Shown: positions 62,590 through 64,000 of the stretch, piece after piece
Numbering within the stretch: the stretch's first letter is position 1
Layout: every line of letters begins with the position of its first letter
NCBI RefSeq assembly: GCF_032444005.1
Contig: NC_091290.1
Span: forward strand, 12,586,001-12,650,000
Origin: Ranitomeya imitator
Lineage: Eukaryota
DNA length: 64,000 nt
Reading direction: 5' to 3'
Program-made: the position numbers and the translations under genes
Notes under the pieces: model-generated
Database searches by the model: none
The model's input: only the letters and a program-made list of their open reading frames with translations
What the model was told of the DNA's origin: nothing

Positions 62590-63410
62590 GGTTAGAGCCT
62601 TTTAGGAAACCTTTTCATAGCGCGACCCCATTAGACCCAGCACGGTTCACATTGACACATTTCTTAACCCCAAAAAGTTTATTTTCATTTACCAAAAAAT
62701 TCGTATGCAGTGTGTATCATAAAAGTAAAAACCCAAAGCGTTTCTGTAAGCGGGTCTGATTTGACAGAAGCGGCGCAAACTGATCCCTTCTGACGTAATT
62801 ACCAACAATAGGCAGGAAAGTAGTCGCATGGAAGTCAGGTCTCACACACCAGCGATGGCAGCCACCGAGCGCACATGATGGGCTCACTGCAAAAGCTCAA
62901 AGATCACAAACAGCTGATAGACTGTAGAAAATTAGAAAACAACATGGCGACTTCCTTCCAGAAACAGCGCCACCCTGCCCCATTAAAGTTAATAGGGAAG
63001 GGTGCAATACCAAGAAGCAACCTTTAAAACAGGGATGGCGCTGTGTGCAGGAAAGCCGCTGTGTTTTTGATCCTATATGGGAAGAATGAGACGTACAAGG
63101 ATCGTACCGCAACGACTGGACTGGCGGGCAGCTCTCCTGACCCGAGCATGACGGCATGTTTTTCTTTGCAGCTGTCACTCTCCGGCCAGGAGGGCCGACA
63201 GCCCGTCCGAGCAATGCGCTGCGATCCTCATCCGAGTTACACAGCCGGGTGACTCTCCTTTAAGAATTACGTCCATGTGGGACGGATACACCGCAGATTC
63301 CATGAGGCAGAAAACCTGCAGATTAAATTGCAGATATTAAATGCTGCTGCATTTCTGTTGTAGATAAAAACCAGTCCTTAGATAAAGGAAATGGGGTCTC
63401 ATAAGCTTTA

Positions 63411-63889
63411 AGACCAAAAGAGAATATAGACCCCTAAAAAATATATATTTTTTTTAAAAGCATATAGGACTCATAATTCCAAAACCAACAAAAACAGAAA
63501 TCCTACAGAGTGTCTGGGAAATATGAACAGGGTTAGCCTCGCTTTACCAGGTAGCGCTACAACCGGACCCATCTAGTCCCCAGTCGTCCCTTTATCTTCT
63601 CCCTACCTGGCAGCGGAGGTTGGCACTCTACATAATGGTAAGTGTCCATAACCATACTATGTCAGATGCAATTGTTCGGATTGGGACAGGCGGGCCACAG
63701 TCACACAAAGGGACGACTGGGAACTTGATTGGTCCAGTATCTGGTGTCGCCATCTGGTCAAACGAGACTAAACCTGATCATATTCCTTTGACACCCTGTA
63801 GGATTTCTGTTTTTATATGATTGGGAGTCCAATATGCTTTAAAAAAATATATATATATTTTTAAGGGTCTATGTTGTCTCTTTGGTTTC
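63411..63889. mobile_element. Fold-back (palindromic) MITE-like element
   Basis: Nested inverted arms: atagaccc/gggtctat, aaacagaaatcctacag/ctgtaggatttctgttt, cccagtcgtcccttt/aaagggacgactggg. Confidence 0.6.
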
Positions 63890-64000
63890 TGTTTTACCAA
63901 GTTTGTAGAAAGAGTGGTGGTCACCTAACTTTCCTACAATCAGATCTAAGTAAATGGGTTGTTCAGAATAAATAAAAAAAAAAAAGAAATGATGGCATCC

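Noticed and set aside
62830-63260. GC-richer segments with splice-like signals on both strands
   Set aside because: No consistent frame or recognisable protein could be assembled.

Overview
Eukaryotic, intron-rich and repeat-rich DNA, most likely from a frog (inferred from the repeat families). Two spliced minus-strand genes were reconstructed by hand, and the ORF track misses most of both. (1) A 3-coding-exon CD59-like Ly6/uPAR GPI-anchored protein of 122 aa (7043->3106). (2) An 8-exon, 316-aa type I membrane protein (56194->46321) with a signal peptide, two tandem Link (hyaluronan-binding-fold) modules, almost no stalk, one TM helix and a tail with an ITIM-like motif plus two YxNM motifs. 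Its intron phases match CD44/LYVE1 but its architecture matches neither, making it the best candidate for an undescribed system. The rest is mobile DNA: a young full-length chromovirus-type Gypsy element, a related solo LTR, a near-intact Ngaro tyrosine-recombinase retroelement with an SGNH hydrolase ORF nested in a TTAA MITE, a 5'-truncated CR1 LINE, a non-autonomous Helitron, hAT/Tigger/Kolobok/Harbinger-like non-autonomous elements (several carrying minisatellites), Tc1 remnants and several tandem arrays. No database searches were run. Family assignments rest on motifs and recalled reference features.
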